Virus record (IMG/VR): IMGVR_UViG_3300005613_000009 | Location: 32,001-96,000 of that record | Origin: a virus | Reading direction: 5' to 3' (one strand) | Length of the DNA stretch: 64,000 bases | Shown: one piece after another, positions 56,387 to 64,000 of the stretch | How the letters are laid out: the number at the start of each line of letters is the position of its first letter | Numbering within the stretch: the first letter of the stretch is position 1 | The notes under the pieces: generated by a model | The model's database searches: none | Told to the model about the DNA's origin: nothing | What the model saw: only the letters and a program-made list of their open reading frames with translations | Made by a program: the position numbers and the translations under genes

Positions 56387-57400
56387 TTAATTTTGGACTT
56401 TCAAATGTCCATCAATTCCCCATCCCTTTTCTTTGCAAATAGCGATAATTAAATCACGATCCGTCATAGTAGGATTTCCCGGTTCCCATAATTCTCTAGA
56501 TTCGCAAAAAGACCAAGCTCTTTCCTCATCTATGTACGGGCAATGTCCACCACCTGCCCATCCGTCAAATCTTTCAGGACAAGGATGTGAATATGCATCC
56601 CGACGCATGAGTTCGAGAGTAAGGCTATCAGATAATTCTTCCAATAGTATTGATGATAATAACCGAATTGTAGGAAATGTATGAAATTGGATTCTGGCAT
56701 TTGTAAGATTTGTTGCCAAAAAATTTGCATATTTAATCTTTGCATTTATAAGATTGGCATTTGTAAAATTGGTATGCATAAGATTTGCATATGTAAAGTC
56801 AGCTTCTTCAAGATTTGCATCTATAAAACTTACAAATGTAAGATTGGCATCTGTAAAATTTGCATCAATAAGAACAGCATTCCCAAAATTGGAACCAGTA
56901 AGATTTGTATATGTGAGATCAGCCCCTCTAAGATTGGTATTTATAAAAATGGCGTTTTCAATAACGGCACCCGTAAGATTGGCATACGCAAGATTAGCGC
57001 CTGTAAGATTGGCGGATATAAGATTTGAACTCCTGAAATCAGCATTTTTAAGGTTTGCACCTATAAAAATGGCATTTGTAAAATCTACATCCATAAGGTT
57101 TGCATGTGCAAAATCCACACTCATAAGAGTTGCATATGCGAGATTGGCCCCTTTAAGGTTTGCATTTGTGAGATTGGCACCTGTAAGGTTTGCGTTTGTG
57201 AGATTGGCATTTGTAAGGTCTGCATCTGTAAGATTGGCATCCGTAAGGTTCGCATCTGTGAAATTGGCATTTCTGAGATCGGCACATACAAGATTGGTAT
57301 CTTTGAGATCGATGTGATTTTTCTTATATAATGTCTTTAATAATTTTTTACTATCAATAACAATTTTTTGTGTAAGAGGATTCTTTTTTATTTTAGACAT
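56387..57400 (-). CDS. Pentapeptide-repeat protein with conserved C-terminal domain
   Basis: About 40 ANLTx-type repeats; C-terminus shared with 51999-52739. Confidence 0.93.
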   Translation of the reverse strand: MSKIKKNPLTQKIVIDSKKLLKTLYKKNHIDLKDTNLVCADLRNANFTDANLTDANLTDADLTNANLTNANLTGANLTNANLKGANLAYATLMSVDFAHANLMDVDFTNAIFIGANLKNADFRSSNLISANLTGANLAYANLTGAVIENAIFINTNLRGADLTYTNLTGSNFGNAVLIDANFTDANLTFVSFIDANLEEADFTYANLMHTNFTNANLINAKIKYANFLATNLTNARIQFHTFPTIRLLSSILLEELSDSLTLELMRRDAYSHPCPERFDGWAGGGHCPYIDEERAWSFCESRELWEPGNPTMTDRDLIIAICKEKGWGIDGHLKVQN

Positions 57401-57420
57401 TTTTCACCCTTTCTATTTGG

Positions 57421-57633
57421 TTAGAATTTATACACATATAATTTATACACATATTTGGATGGATCGCCGCCGAGTTCTTTACATGCGCTAACCAATTCTT
57501 CTTTAATTTCTTTTTCTGGTGATCCTATGTATCGTTTTCCATCAATGTAAACAGCATAAGTATCTATTGCAGCCAAAAAGCCTCGTATAAATTGTGGATC
57601 CTGATTCCCGTACATCGATTTTATATATCCCAT
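57421..57633 (-). CDS. Hypothetical protein
   Basis: GGAGGT RBS. Confidence 0.7.
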   Translation of the reverse strand: MGYIKSMYGNQDPQFIRGFLAAIDTYAVYIDGKRYIGSPEKEIKEELVSACKELGGDPSKYVYKLYVYKF

Positions 57634-57660
57634 GATACCTCCAAAAATAGATTTAAATAT

Positions 57661-58016
57661 TTACTTTTCTTGTATTTTCTCCCACGTCCGATCGATTAGT
57701 TTCACCACATCGTCCGGATCAAGGGTTCGTCCGTCTTCAAACGAGGCCCAGGTGCGGATAACTTTCAATGCACTGAGCGACTCCTGAAGCTGGTTGCAGG
57801 TTGACTCAAAGCCGGGATGGTCAATCCATTTGCGGCCACAGTAGGGACATTTGTCCGTTTTTTTTTTCGGGATGGAACACATGCCTTGCAAACTTTATAA
57901 ACAAAAGCCCGAATCTCTGGTGAATCCAGGATGAGCATGGTCAACCCCTCGTCGTGCTCGTAGCGGGTAAATTCTTTATTGTATGCCTCACGGAAATTCT
58001 TTATTGTCCTATTCAT
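57661..58016 (-). pseudogene. One gene apparently split by a frameshift at an A10 run (57858-57867)
   Basis: The ORF starting MNRTIKNF (~58016) and ORF 57661-57891 (KTDKCPYCG...) join by a -1 shift in the homopolymer. Confidence 0.45.
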
Positions 58017-58017
58017 T

Positions 58018-58212
58018 TTAATCCTTGTCAATTTCCTGGTTATTTTCATAGTCCTCACAAATAATAAACTCTCCATTGTATAAAGAAAGAGGGATTTTTT
58101 CTTTTATTACGCAACCATAATCTGGATCATTGTTTCTACATGTAGCACATGCTTCCCAATGTGGTGATGCGATACATCCTTCCATGTTTGTCTCCTTCCT
58201 GTAAGTATACAT
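58018..58212 (-). CDS. Cys-rich small protein
   Basis: CIASPHWEACATCRN...GC...IICEDY; start probably MEGC. Confidence 0.6.
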   Translation of the reverse strand: MYTYRKETNMEGCIASPHWEACATCRNNDPDYGCVIKEKIPLSLYNGEFIICEDYENNQEIDKD

Positions 58213-58217
58213 AATAG

Positions 58218-58502
58218 TTATGATTTGGCATTAAATTCAGCAGCGGCAGTTGAAAAACTTCCACCCTCATAAAGGGTTTTATTTCCAAAGGTAACTTTAT
58301 ACCCGCCACCATCAACAAATGCCCAAAATCGTAACAAGGCATTAAATTCACCGCGGGATACACTACAAGACGCATACATAACGGGGGTGTCTTTTGCCCA
58401 AGCCTCAAATTCGGATTTATCTATTTTAATAGGTTTCATGATCTGTAATTTTAAAGGTTGAAACAGCCCACTCATTACTTTTGCCGTCTGGGACAGATAC
58501 AT
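58218..58502 (-). CDS. Hypothetical protein (start uncertain)
   Basis: In-operon ORF. Confidence 0.55.
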   Translation of the reverse strand: MYLSQTAKVMSGLFQPLKLQIMKPIKIDKSEFEAWAKDTPVMYASCSVSRGEFNALLRFWAFVDGGGYKVTFGNKTLYEGGSFSTAAAEFNAKS

Positions 58503-58525
58503 CTATGTTCATTTTTTTTACACTC

Positions 58526-58657
58526 CTACATCCAAATTATCAATAATCCGAGAATCGCCCAACCAATTCCTGTATTTCCGTTTGTCAAATACATACAAAA
58601 GGCACCAAGTCCGCACACTGCTATTGAAGCCAAGCTTTTACAAATATTAGTATTCAT
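58526..58657 (-). CDS. 43-aa two-helix membrane microprotein
   Basis: Absent from the track. MNTNICKSLASIAVCGLGAFCMYLTNGNTGIGWAILGLLIIWM. Confidence 0.6.
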   Translation of the reverse strand: MNTNICKSLASIAVCGLGAFCMYLTNGNTGIGWAILGLLIIWM

Positions 58658-58758
58658 GTTTACCCTTATTTCGCCAAATGACCCCGAATTTTGGCACCGC
58701 GTATTATTAAGTCACCTGACACCAGCATATAAACAACTACAAATAATCAAGTGCCATA

Positions 58759-59025
58759 CTAAAAAAAATAGATAGCAGTAACAAATTGACCCTCTTTGAA
58801 GCTTAGATCTGTGTTATCAACATTAGTACTTAATGGCTTTATAGCGATATTATCCAATTTACTTAAGACCGGGCACCCTCCATCTTTGCCATAAAGTATA
58901 AAATTTTCGTCTTTCCATAGGATATTGTACGGAGAAAAAGTAAACCCAAAACCATTTTTACAATTTGGTGATATCAGACAGCACTCACCAACTTTCGGCC
59001 TATACGGATACCCATGATGCTTCAT
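58759..59025 (-). CDS. Hypothetical protein
   Basis: GAGGAG RBS. Confidence 0.65.
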   Translation of the reverse strand: MKHHGYPYRPKVGECCLISPNCKNGFGFTFSPYNILWKDENFILYGKDGGCPVLSKLDNIAIKPLSTNVDNTDLSFKEGQFVTAIYFF

Positions 59026-59045
59026 TTTGATCTCCTCTTTTTAAA

Positions 59046-59152
59046 ATGCCTGCCACTACCGCCACGGTTTTCGAACTTTCCTTCGCCGGACCCTGGTACC
59101 TGGGGATTGTGGCTACCGTTCTATGAGCATTAAGGATTTATGTGACAGGCAT
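59046..59152 (-). ncRNA. Candidate structured RNA, ~107 nt
   Basis: 11-bp closing stem ATGCCTGTCAC/GTGGCAGGCAT, inner GCCAC/GTGGC stem with two small hairpins; GC-rich patch in AT-rich context. Confidence 0.4.
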
Positions 59153-59179
59153 AGTATTTTATGGTAGTAGGTGTTTATT

Positions 59180-59806
59180 TCAATTTTTAAAATCTTTACA
59201 TTTCAGCTTTGTAACAATCCGATCTCCATTCCGTGCTTTAAGTTCCACTTTGGGCTTTGCGACCAACCCCTCAGCTATAAAATCCCCCCAACATGAAAGA
59301 AAACCAGTTTTGCACATTTGGATCATTTCTGAAAGAGGCCCACAACCCATCAATGGTACAATATTAATATCAAGTACATCAGCGATTTTTTCAATATTCT
59401 GTCGCGTTAACCACCATTTGCCAATTTTTACATCAAATAGTACAAAATCCTGGTCTGGTCTGTACTTCCCTCCGCTTTGGATCTTAGCCCCATAGCCTTC
59501 GCCATAGAGACATACGCCATTGTGAAATTTTTCTCTGAGTAAATCCTGTTTGGGTAAAAATATATCATTCAATTTGTTTTCGAGTGGAGCTGGTATTTCT
59601 GCTTTGTCTGTTTTACCACCAAATGTCAAATTTTCTCCATCAAACATGACACGGATATTTGTTCCATCAACTTTTTCAGTAAATAACCAATGACAGTCTT
59701 TGAGGTATTCAAATTCAGGAAAGGCATATTGGCCCTCAAGCAATGTTTTATATTTTGTCTTGGGATCTCTCAAGAAAACGGTCTGGATTTTATGGTATTC
59801 CTCCAT
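59180..59806 (-). CDS. RNA ligase (Rnl2-like nucleotidyltransferase domain)
   Basis: Motif I TEKVDGTN, III LYGEGYG, IIIa FVLFDV, IV AEGLVAK, V TKLK. Confidence 0.85.
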   Translation of the reverse strand: MEEYHKIQTVFLRDPKTKYKTLLEGQYAFPEFEYLKDCHWLFTEKVDGTNIRVMFDGENLTFGGKTDKAEIPAPLENKLNDIFLPKQDLLREKFHNGVCLYGEGYGAKIQSGGKYRPDQDFVLFDVKIGKWWLTRQNIEKIADVLDINIVPLMGCGPLSEMIQMCKTGFLSCWGDFIAEGLVAKPKVELKARNGDRIVTKLKCKDFKN

Positions 59807-59839
59807 GTTTACATTACTCCTTTATGGCATAATGTTGTA

Positions 59840-60055
59840 TTAAACCGGGATTGAATGTGTTGGCTTTCTTTCAACCCATTTATCACGACTCCATATATTG
59901 ACATCAAATCCATTTAAAATTGTATCGCAGATCTCAACTCTTGAAATCATTTGTCCGGAAGTATCTAAAAGATTGATCCTAAAGCTATCGCTATCATCAT
60001 GAATAATTTCAATAAACTTTTTACCTACACGAAGCATATTAATTTCTAAATCCAT
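59840..60055 (-). CDS. Hypothetical protein
   Basis: In-operon ORF. Confidence 0.6.
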   Translation of the reverse strand: MDLEINMLRVGKKFIEIIHDDSDSFRINLLDTSGQMISRVEICDTILNGFDVNIWSRDKWVERKPTHSIPV

Positions 60056-60421
60056 TTATCGCGATACCTCCAATATTTTTTGTTGCATTTCATCAATGTA
60101 CGATTGGCATTCTTTCAATTTATCAGATTCTTTTTTTTTCAGTATATCTAATATCTTCGGAAAATGCGTATCCCATGTTGAAACAATATATTCCAAAATG
60201 GCTTGACCAAACTCAGTTTCAGTCTCCCAATAGTTTTTACCTCCCATATATAGTTGACCTATCCTTACTAAGATTGGAGGCACACAACCGTCAACTGAAA
60301 TTGAAAAATTATTATTCTCATGTTCATCACGGCTATTGCTATTTGGAAGATTGTTCCATTTTTCTGCTAATTCTCTTGCCCTTTTTGCTATGTAATAAGA
60401 TTCGATTCTTCTATCTTCCAT
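60056..60421 (-). CDS. Hypothetical protein
   Basis: AAGGA RBS. Confidence 0.65.
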   Translation of the reverse strand: MEDRRIESYYIAKRARELAEKWNNLPNSNSRDEHENNNFSISVDGCVPPILVRIGQLYMGGKNYWETETEFGQAILEYIVSTWDTHFPKILDILKKKESDKLKECQSYIDEMQQKILEVSR

Positions 60422-60461
60422 TTTTTTCCTTGTATTATTCCTATCTTATTAATTAACAATT

Positions 60462-61295
60462 TTAAAAAACAAAAACTGTATTTTCGTTGATTTGGCTTTC
60501 ATCCGTTATCTCTACTTCTTGATTTTCTAGTGGTGTGATGGAAGCTTTTGAAAATTTTGTCAACCCGAAACTCATTTTACTGTTTTCTGAATGAAGTTGT
60601 TTACCGTCCCATTTCCACAATCCTCCATGAATATCTTTGAATTGTCCAACATTTGGTGTGAGTGTTTGCAAAATAGCCTTACGTCCAATGTTTGAAAACT
60701 CAGCATAACGCTCACGACATTTTGCGTCTTTGGCAATAACTTCCTTGAAAAGTTTCGGCATCTGTTCGGAAAGATGTTTGAGCAATTCTGGTGGAACCTT
60801 CTTCTGATAATCTCGAATTTCTCCGCCCATTAATGCTTGTGGCTGAAAATGTACAAATTCTATAACTCTATCAGCAGTAAACTCTTCTTTGCGTATAAAA
60901 CCCTTTATTGTCCATTCATAATTTTTTGCCATATCGATAAAAGAATATGGTAAAAATACAAATTCACCCACTATCCCAAGCATCTTGGGACTCTTTAAGT
61001 AAGGTACACCATTATACTTTTCCTCTTTATCTCGGCACCATTCATTGTATTTACGAGCGCGGCGTGTGAAACCTTGTTCTATTTTTAATTTTCCGTAAGG
61101 ACAAGGGGTTCCAAACAAACTATAGCGACATACACACTCTCCCCTACTATGGTATTGACAGTTTTCAGAATTATTACATGTTATAATTTGAATTTCTGAC
61201 CGAGCATTAGCTTGAAAGAATGCCAATCGTACATTTTTGAATATAGCATTTTCAGGACGAAACAAGTGAAAATGAACAACTTTATCTTCTCCCAT
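60462..61295 (-). CDS. Hypothetical phage protein with a Cys cluster
   Basis: C..SE.C.....G.C.C....G..CPYG motif; AAGGTAGG RBS. Confidence 0.75.
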   Translation of the reverse strand: MGEDKVVHFHLFRPENAIFKNVRLAFFQANARSEIQIITCNNSENCQYHSRGECVCRYSLFGTPCPYGKLKIEQGFTRRARKYNEWCRDKEEKYNGVPYLKSPKMLGIVGEFVFLPYSFIDMAKNYEWTIKGFIRKEEFTADRVIEFVHFQPQALMGGEIRDYQKKVPPELLKHLSEQMPKLFKEVIAKDAKCRERYAEFSNIGRKAILQTLTPNVGQFKDIHGGLWKWDGKQLHSENSKMSFGLTKFSKASITPLENQEVEITDESQINENTVFVF

Positions 61296-61338
61296 AATTT
61301 ACCTACCTTCCACATTTTCCGTTTTAACAATTTTTTTT

Positions 61339-61516
61339 CGTGGCAAACCGGGACTCGAACCCGGACGGGGGTCTTACAAATCCATCGAAACTTTCCCCCA
61401 ACCCAAATGAAGCCGGATTTAGCCTCTGTACGTTTTCTATGAATTTTGTTCGGCCGTGTCTACCAATAACAAGTGCTCACACCGAGCTACCTCTTGCCAA
61501 TTCCACCACTTGCCAC
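61339..61516 (-). ncRNA. 178-nt expanded tRNA-like RNA
   Basis: Acceptor GTGGCAAG/TTTGCCAC, T-arm CCGGG-TTCGAGT-CCCGG, type-II D-arm GTG-GAATTGG...TAGA-CAC, with three large insertions. Confidence 0.7.
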
Positions 61517-61536
61517 GAAATTTCATTCTAAATAAG

Positions 61537-61608
61537 AGCCGGAGCATGGATTCGAACCATGGCCTTGAAATTACAAGTTTCATGCTCTTCCAATTGAGCT
61601 ACTCCGGC
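61537..61608 (-). tRNA. tRNA-Thr(UGU), CCA not encoded
   Basis: GCCGGAG acceptor, GCTC/GAGC D-stem, TGAAA-CT TGT AA-TTTCA anticodon arm, CATGG-TTCGAAT-CCATG T-arm. Confidence 0.93.
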
Positions 61609-61851
61609 TACTCTCGTTTTAAAATTCTCTCCTTTCCTGAAATAAATTATATTTCAGATCTTGGTTCGTGTAATACCACTATCCTAGTTGTCATTCATAT
61701 CCGGAAGATGCAATTCGCCGTTTTTCAATTATTCAAGCTGTTAACAAGTCCGTGTTTGAATGACTGTGTTTCCCGATATGTTTCATTGCGAACCCAATAG
61801 TAAATACCGTTGTGGCCGTCGTTGAAACAAACGGAAACTATTGAACATAAC

Positions 61852-62046
61852 CTACCTTATTTCTTTCATCATTCGATGCCGTTCAATTCCACGGACATGA
61901 AACAGGGGGTCATGTTTTTGTGTCCATTCAATTTGAGTAGCTCCAGCTTGCTCAATCGCTAATAGACCTTTTCCCATTTTTAGTTTACTCTTACCTCTTC
62001 TTGGATTAAACTTGTGTTCTGGGCATGTTGATGATTTTCTTGGCAT
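61852..62046 (-). CDS. Small basic hypothetical protein
   Basis: AAGGAGG RBS behind a motif copy. Confidence 0.65.
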   Translation of the reverse strand: MPRKSSTCPEHKFNPRRGKSKLKMGKGLLAIEQAGATQIEWTQKHDPLFHVRGIERHRMMKEIR

Positions 62047-62145
62047 TAGAAAGCCTCCTTTTGTGGGTTTTTTTTGGCAGGTATTTTTTTTAAAAAATTC
62101 AATAGAAAAACAGATAAAAAAAATAAAACAAGTTTTTCGTTTGGA

Positions 62146-62877
62146 TTAAATTGTTGAATCTATCGTTTCTCTAAATGTTTCGATGCTTTTCCCACGAACA
62201 ATTTCAGCTAATTCCCATACATAATCATATAGGTGTAGACCTTTACTAGATGCAATTGTAACGCCAGGTTCTATACCAATTTCTGATGCAATAAATTCCT
62301 TCATAAGTTGTATAGCGCCCAAATTAGCAGGTAAACCATTCCATAGGTCCCACGATCTAAAATATACGACAAAATGCAGTTTGTTGTCCTGAATACGAGT
62401 ATCTATATGCCTAAGACATGGTGGATCCTCAATTAACATATCTGTTGGATGTCCCATTTGAAGAATCATTTGGTTGTTACGATAGCCATTTTCTTTATAT
62501 GTTTTAATTAAATGTTCTATTTGGTTGAAATTATTATATTTATCGTTGTCAATCGGATAATTTGTCAACCGTTGGCCATAAGTATAACTCTCATTTTTTT
62601 TAAGTTTTCCGGTCATCAAATACGATAAATATTGATTTAAATAATCAGATTCTACCGGATCGGGGAGATTATATTGTTCAGGAATTACTGGAAGTAATGG
62701 TCGAATTTCAGGATGTTTAATGTAGAGTGTAATGTAATCAAATTCCAGCCGTTTTCGACCCTTATTGCTGCCTTCATCAATCTGAAAGTCACGACCTTTT
62801 TCAATACATTTGTAAACTGTTTGGAACCAAATATCCGGCAAAGTTGTTCCTCGAATATTTTCCATAATGTATTCCAT
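62146..62877 (-). CDS. thyA: Thymidylate synthase (ThyA family, short type)
   Basis: YTYGQRL, DPPCL catalytic Cys, YFRSWDLWNGLPAN (Asn specificity residue), GLHLYD. Confidence 0.9.
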   Translation of the reverse strand: MEYIMENIRGTTLPDIWFQTVYKCIEKGRDFQIDEGSNKGRKRLEFDYITLYIKHPEIRPLLPVIPEQYNLPDPVESDYLNQYLSYLMTGKLKKNESYTYGQRLTNYPIDNDKYNNFNQIEHLIKTYKENGYRNNQMILQMGHPTDMLIEDPPCLRHIDTRIQDNKLHFVVYFRSWDLWNGLPANLGAIQLMKEFIASEIGIEPGVTIASSKGLHLYDYVWELAEIVRGKSIETFRETIDSTI

Positions 62878-62893
62878 GACAATCTCCCTTATT

Positions 62894-63118
62894 TTATCTT
62901 TTTTTAATCCCTGATTTTCTTGCTAAATATTCCATACGTTCTAAAAAACATTGTGTCCATTCACGCTGCCATATAAAATTATTATCGTATTTAAGTTTGG
63001 AATATTTGCCATGGACTTTATCAGCATATCTTTCTGCGATCGGAATTAAACGATTACGATCTTCAATATATTGATGGTCTACTTTTTGGATAAACTTTGT
63101 TTCGTCTTCTAAAGACAT
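62894..63118 (-). CDS. Hypothetical protein
   Basis: AAGGAG RBS. Confidence 0.65.
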   Translation of the reverse strand: MSLEDETKFIQKVDHQYIEDRNRLIPIAERYADKVHGKYSKLKYDNNFIWQREWTQCFLERMEYLARKSGIKKR

Positions 63119-63483
63119 GTATTCTCCTTATTTTTTTTATTATACTCGCGAAATAAGATAATTGTGATCAGGGCATAAACAGCTAAATCCTGAAGTGTAT
63201 CTTCTATAGATTCACCTGTAACAGCAATTTCACTTGGATCTTTATTGATTAAAGATCGTAACCTCGACCATTTATCCGACATTCGAATCCAAACACCTTT
63301 ATAATTTGGGACCCCTATCTGCTCACATTCATCGAAATTTGACAACGGTTTCCCACTGGCATAATCATGATCTTTTGCGTTGTGAAGTGCGGAAAGATCA
63401 CATAAAAGATCATTGAAACTTGGATGACCGCCATTCTCAGTTAGTTTTTTAGTTTTTATTCTTATCGAAGATTTTTTTGGCAT
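63109..63483 (-). CDS. DUF1599 / nucleotide-modification-associated domain 1 protein
   Basis: KDHDYA....SNF...GVWIRMSDKWSRL...ESIEDTLQDLAVYA. Confidence 0.8.
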   Translation of the reverse strand: MPKKSSIRIKTKKLTENGGHPSFNDLLCDLSALHNAKDHDYASGKPLSNFDECEQIGVPNYKGVWIRMSDKWSRLRSLINKDPSEIAVTGESIEDTLQDLAVYALITIILFREYNKKNKENTCL

Positions 63484-63820
63484 TTGCTTTCTCCTTTAAT
63501 AATTTCTTGACTTCAGGGTCGTTCTCATTAATTAATTCCTCGCAATTAATTATTAATTTTGAGAAAAAGATTTGAGTGTGGCATAAAGATAGTGCCCATC
63601 CGTAAATGGTGTTGCCTGATTTACCTGTTATCTCAGCAGGCCTTGGATCGCCCATTAGTGGACATATAATTGAACATTTATCATTTTTAAAAGGGCATGT
63701 CATCGGGATCCAACCATTTTTATAAACTGTATCTTTTCCGATAAAAACACTGCGCTTGATGGACAGGTATCCATATGAATCAAAAAAACCTTCAGCATAT
63801 TTATATTTTTTTTGGGTCAT
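63449..63820 (-). CDS. Hypothetical protein with CPF/CPL motifs
   Basis: GGAG RBS; first gene after the promoter at 63865-63892. Confidence 0.65.
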   Translation of the reverse strand: MTQKKYKYAEGFFDSYGYLSIKRSVFIGKDTVYKNGWIPMTCPFKNDKCSIICPLMGDPRPAEITGKSGNTIYGWALSLCHTQIFFSKLIINCEELINENDPEVKKLLKEKANAKKIFDKNKN

Positions 63821-63864
63821 TTAATATCTCCAATGGGTTAGTTGTTAGCGCTTATTTGAGCCTT

Positions 63865-63892
63865 ATATTACTCTGTTAGCGTATAAAGTCAA
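63865..63892 (-). promoter_or_regulatory. Sigma70-type promoter of the thyA/tRNA operon
   Basis: TTGACT-16-TAATAT; the spacer carries TAGCGTATA on the plus strand. Confidence 0.55.
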
Positions 63893-64000
63893 GAAAAAAA
63901 GGTGCCAAGAGGTAAAATTTATTCTTCTTTGTATAATCGTTCTGATCTTTTTAACTCATGGTCACGATCAAGGATATAATTAAAAAACGAAATACATTTG

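Noticed and set aside
51999-57400. Diversity-generating retroelement TR/VR pair (suggested by the BPP-1-like capsid)
   Set aside because: Both copies are intact coding paralogs with differences not confined to adenines, and no reverse transcriptase is in the window.
61339-61516. tmRNA or amber-suppressor/pyrrolysine tRNA
   Set aside because: There is no G3-U70 alanine identity or credible tag ORF. CTAAATCCG echoes tRNA-Pyl, but U33 is missing, and TAG acts as a real stop (for example terS and the AAA ATPase), so there is no sign of recoding.
62146-62877. dCMP hydroxymethylase
   Set aside because: The specificity residue is Asn (LPAN), not the Asp of dCMP-specific enzymes.

Overview
The window is a 64 kb segment of an AT-rich tailed dsDNA phage genome, almost entirely on the minus strand. 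The host is probably an anaerobe such as Desulfobacterota, which is a weak inference from gene content. Left to right it contains: (i) a head module split into two divergent arms (minus strand: scaffold, BPP-1-like major capsid, cement, then a GT2 glycosyltransferase running off the window edge; plus strand: terS, terL, portal); (ii) an ~11 kb nucleotide-sugar/glycan operon with WbpB-, WbpE- and WbpD-like enzymes, an amidotransferase, a methyltransferase, a GNAT, a radical SAM/SPASM enzyme, three paralogous GT-B glycosyltransferases and MazG; (iii) replication/recombination and plasmid/ICE-type genes (DUF3150, AAA ATPase, DnaC-like, SSAP, PD-(D/E)XK nuclease, DUF1257/DUF2997, SF2 helicase, RadC, adenine MTase); (iv) a long accessory region of small ORFs punctuated by about 19 copies of an ATYTG-N7/8-GTGAA motif, conserved terminator cassettes, two iteron-like repeat loci, two acidic microproteins ending in an SSB-like IPF tail, an HNH gene, SLOG/macro-like/DUF4326 genes and two pentapeptide-repeat paralogs; (v) an RNA ligase, tRNA-Thr(UGU), an unusual 178-nt expanded tRNA-like RNA, thyA and a DUF1599 gene. 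The best candidates for novelty are a self-contained phage glycan-building system (probably virion glycosylation), the expanded tRNA-like RNA near an RNA ligase, and the putative SSB-tail/DNA-mimic microproteins. All family assignments come from motif recognition by eye, with no database searches.
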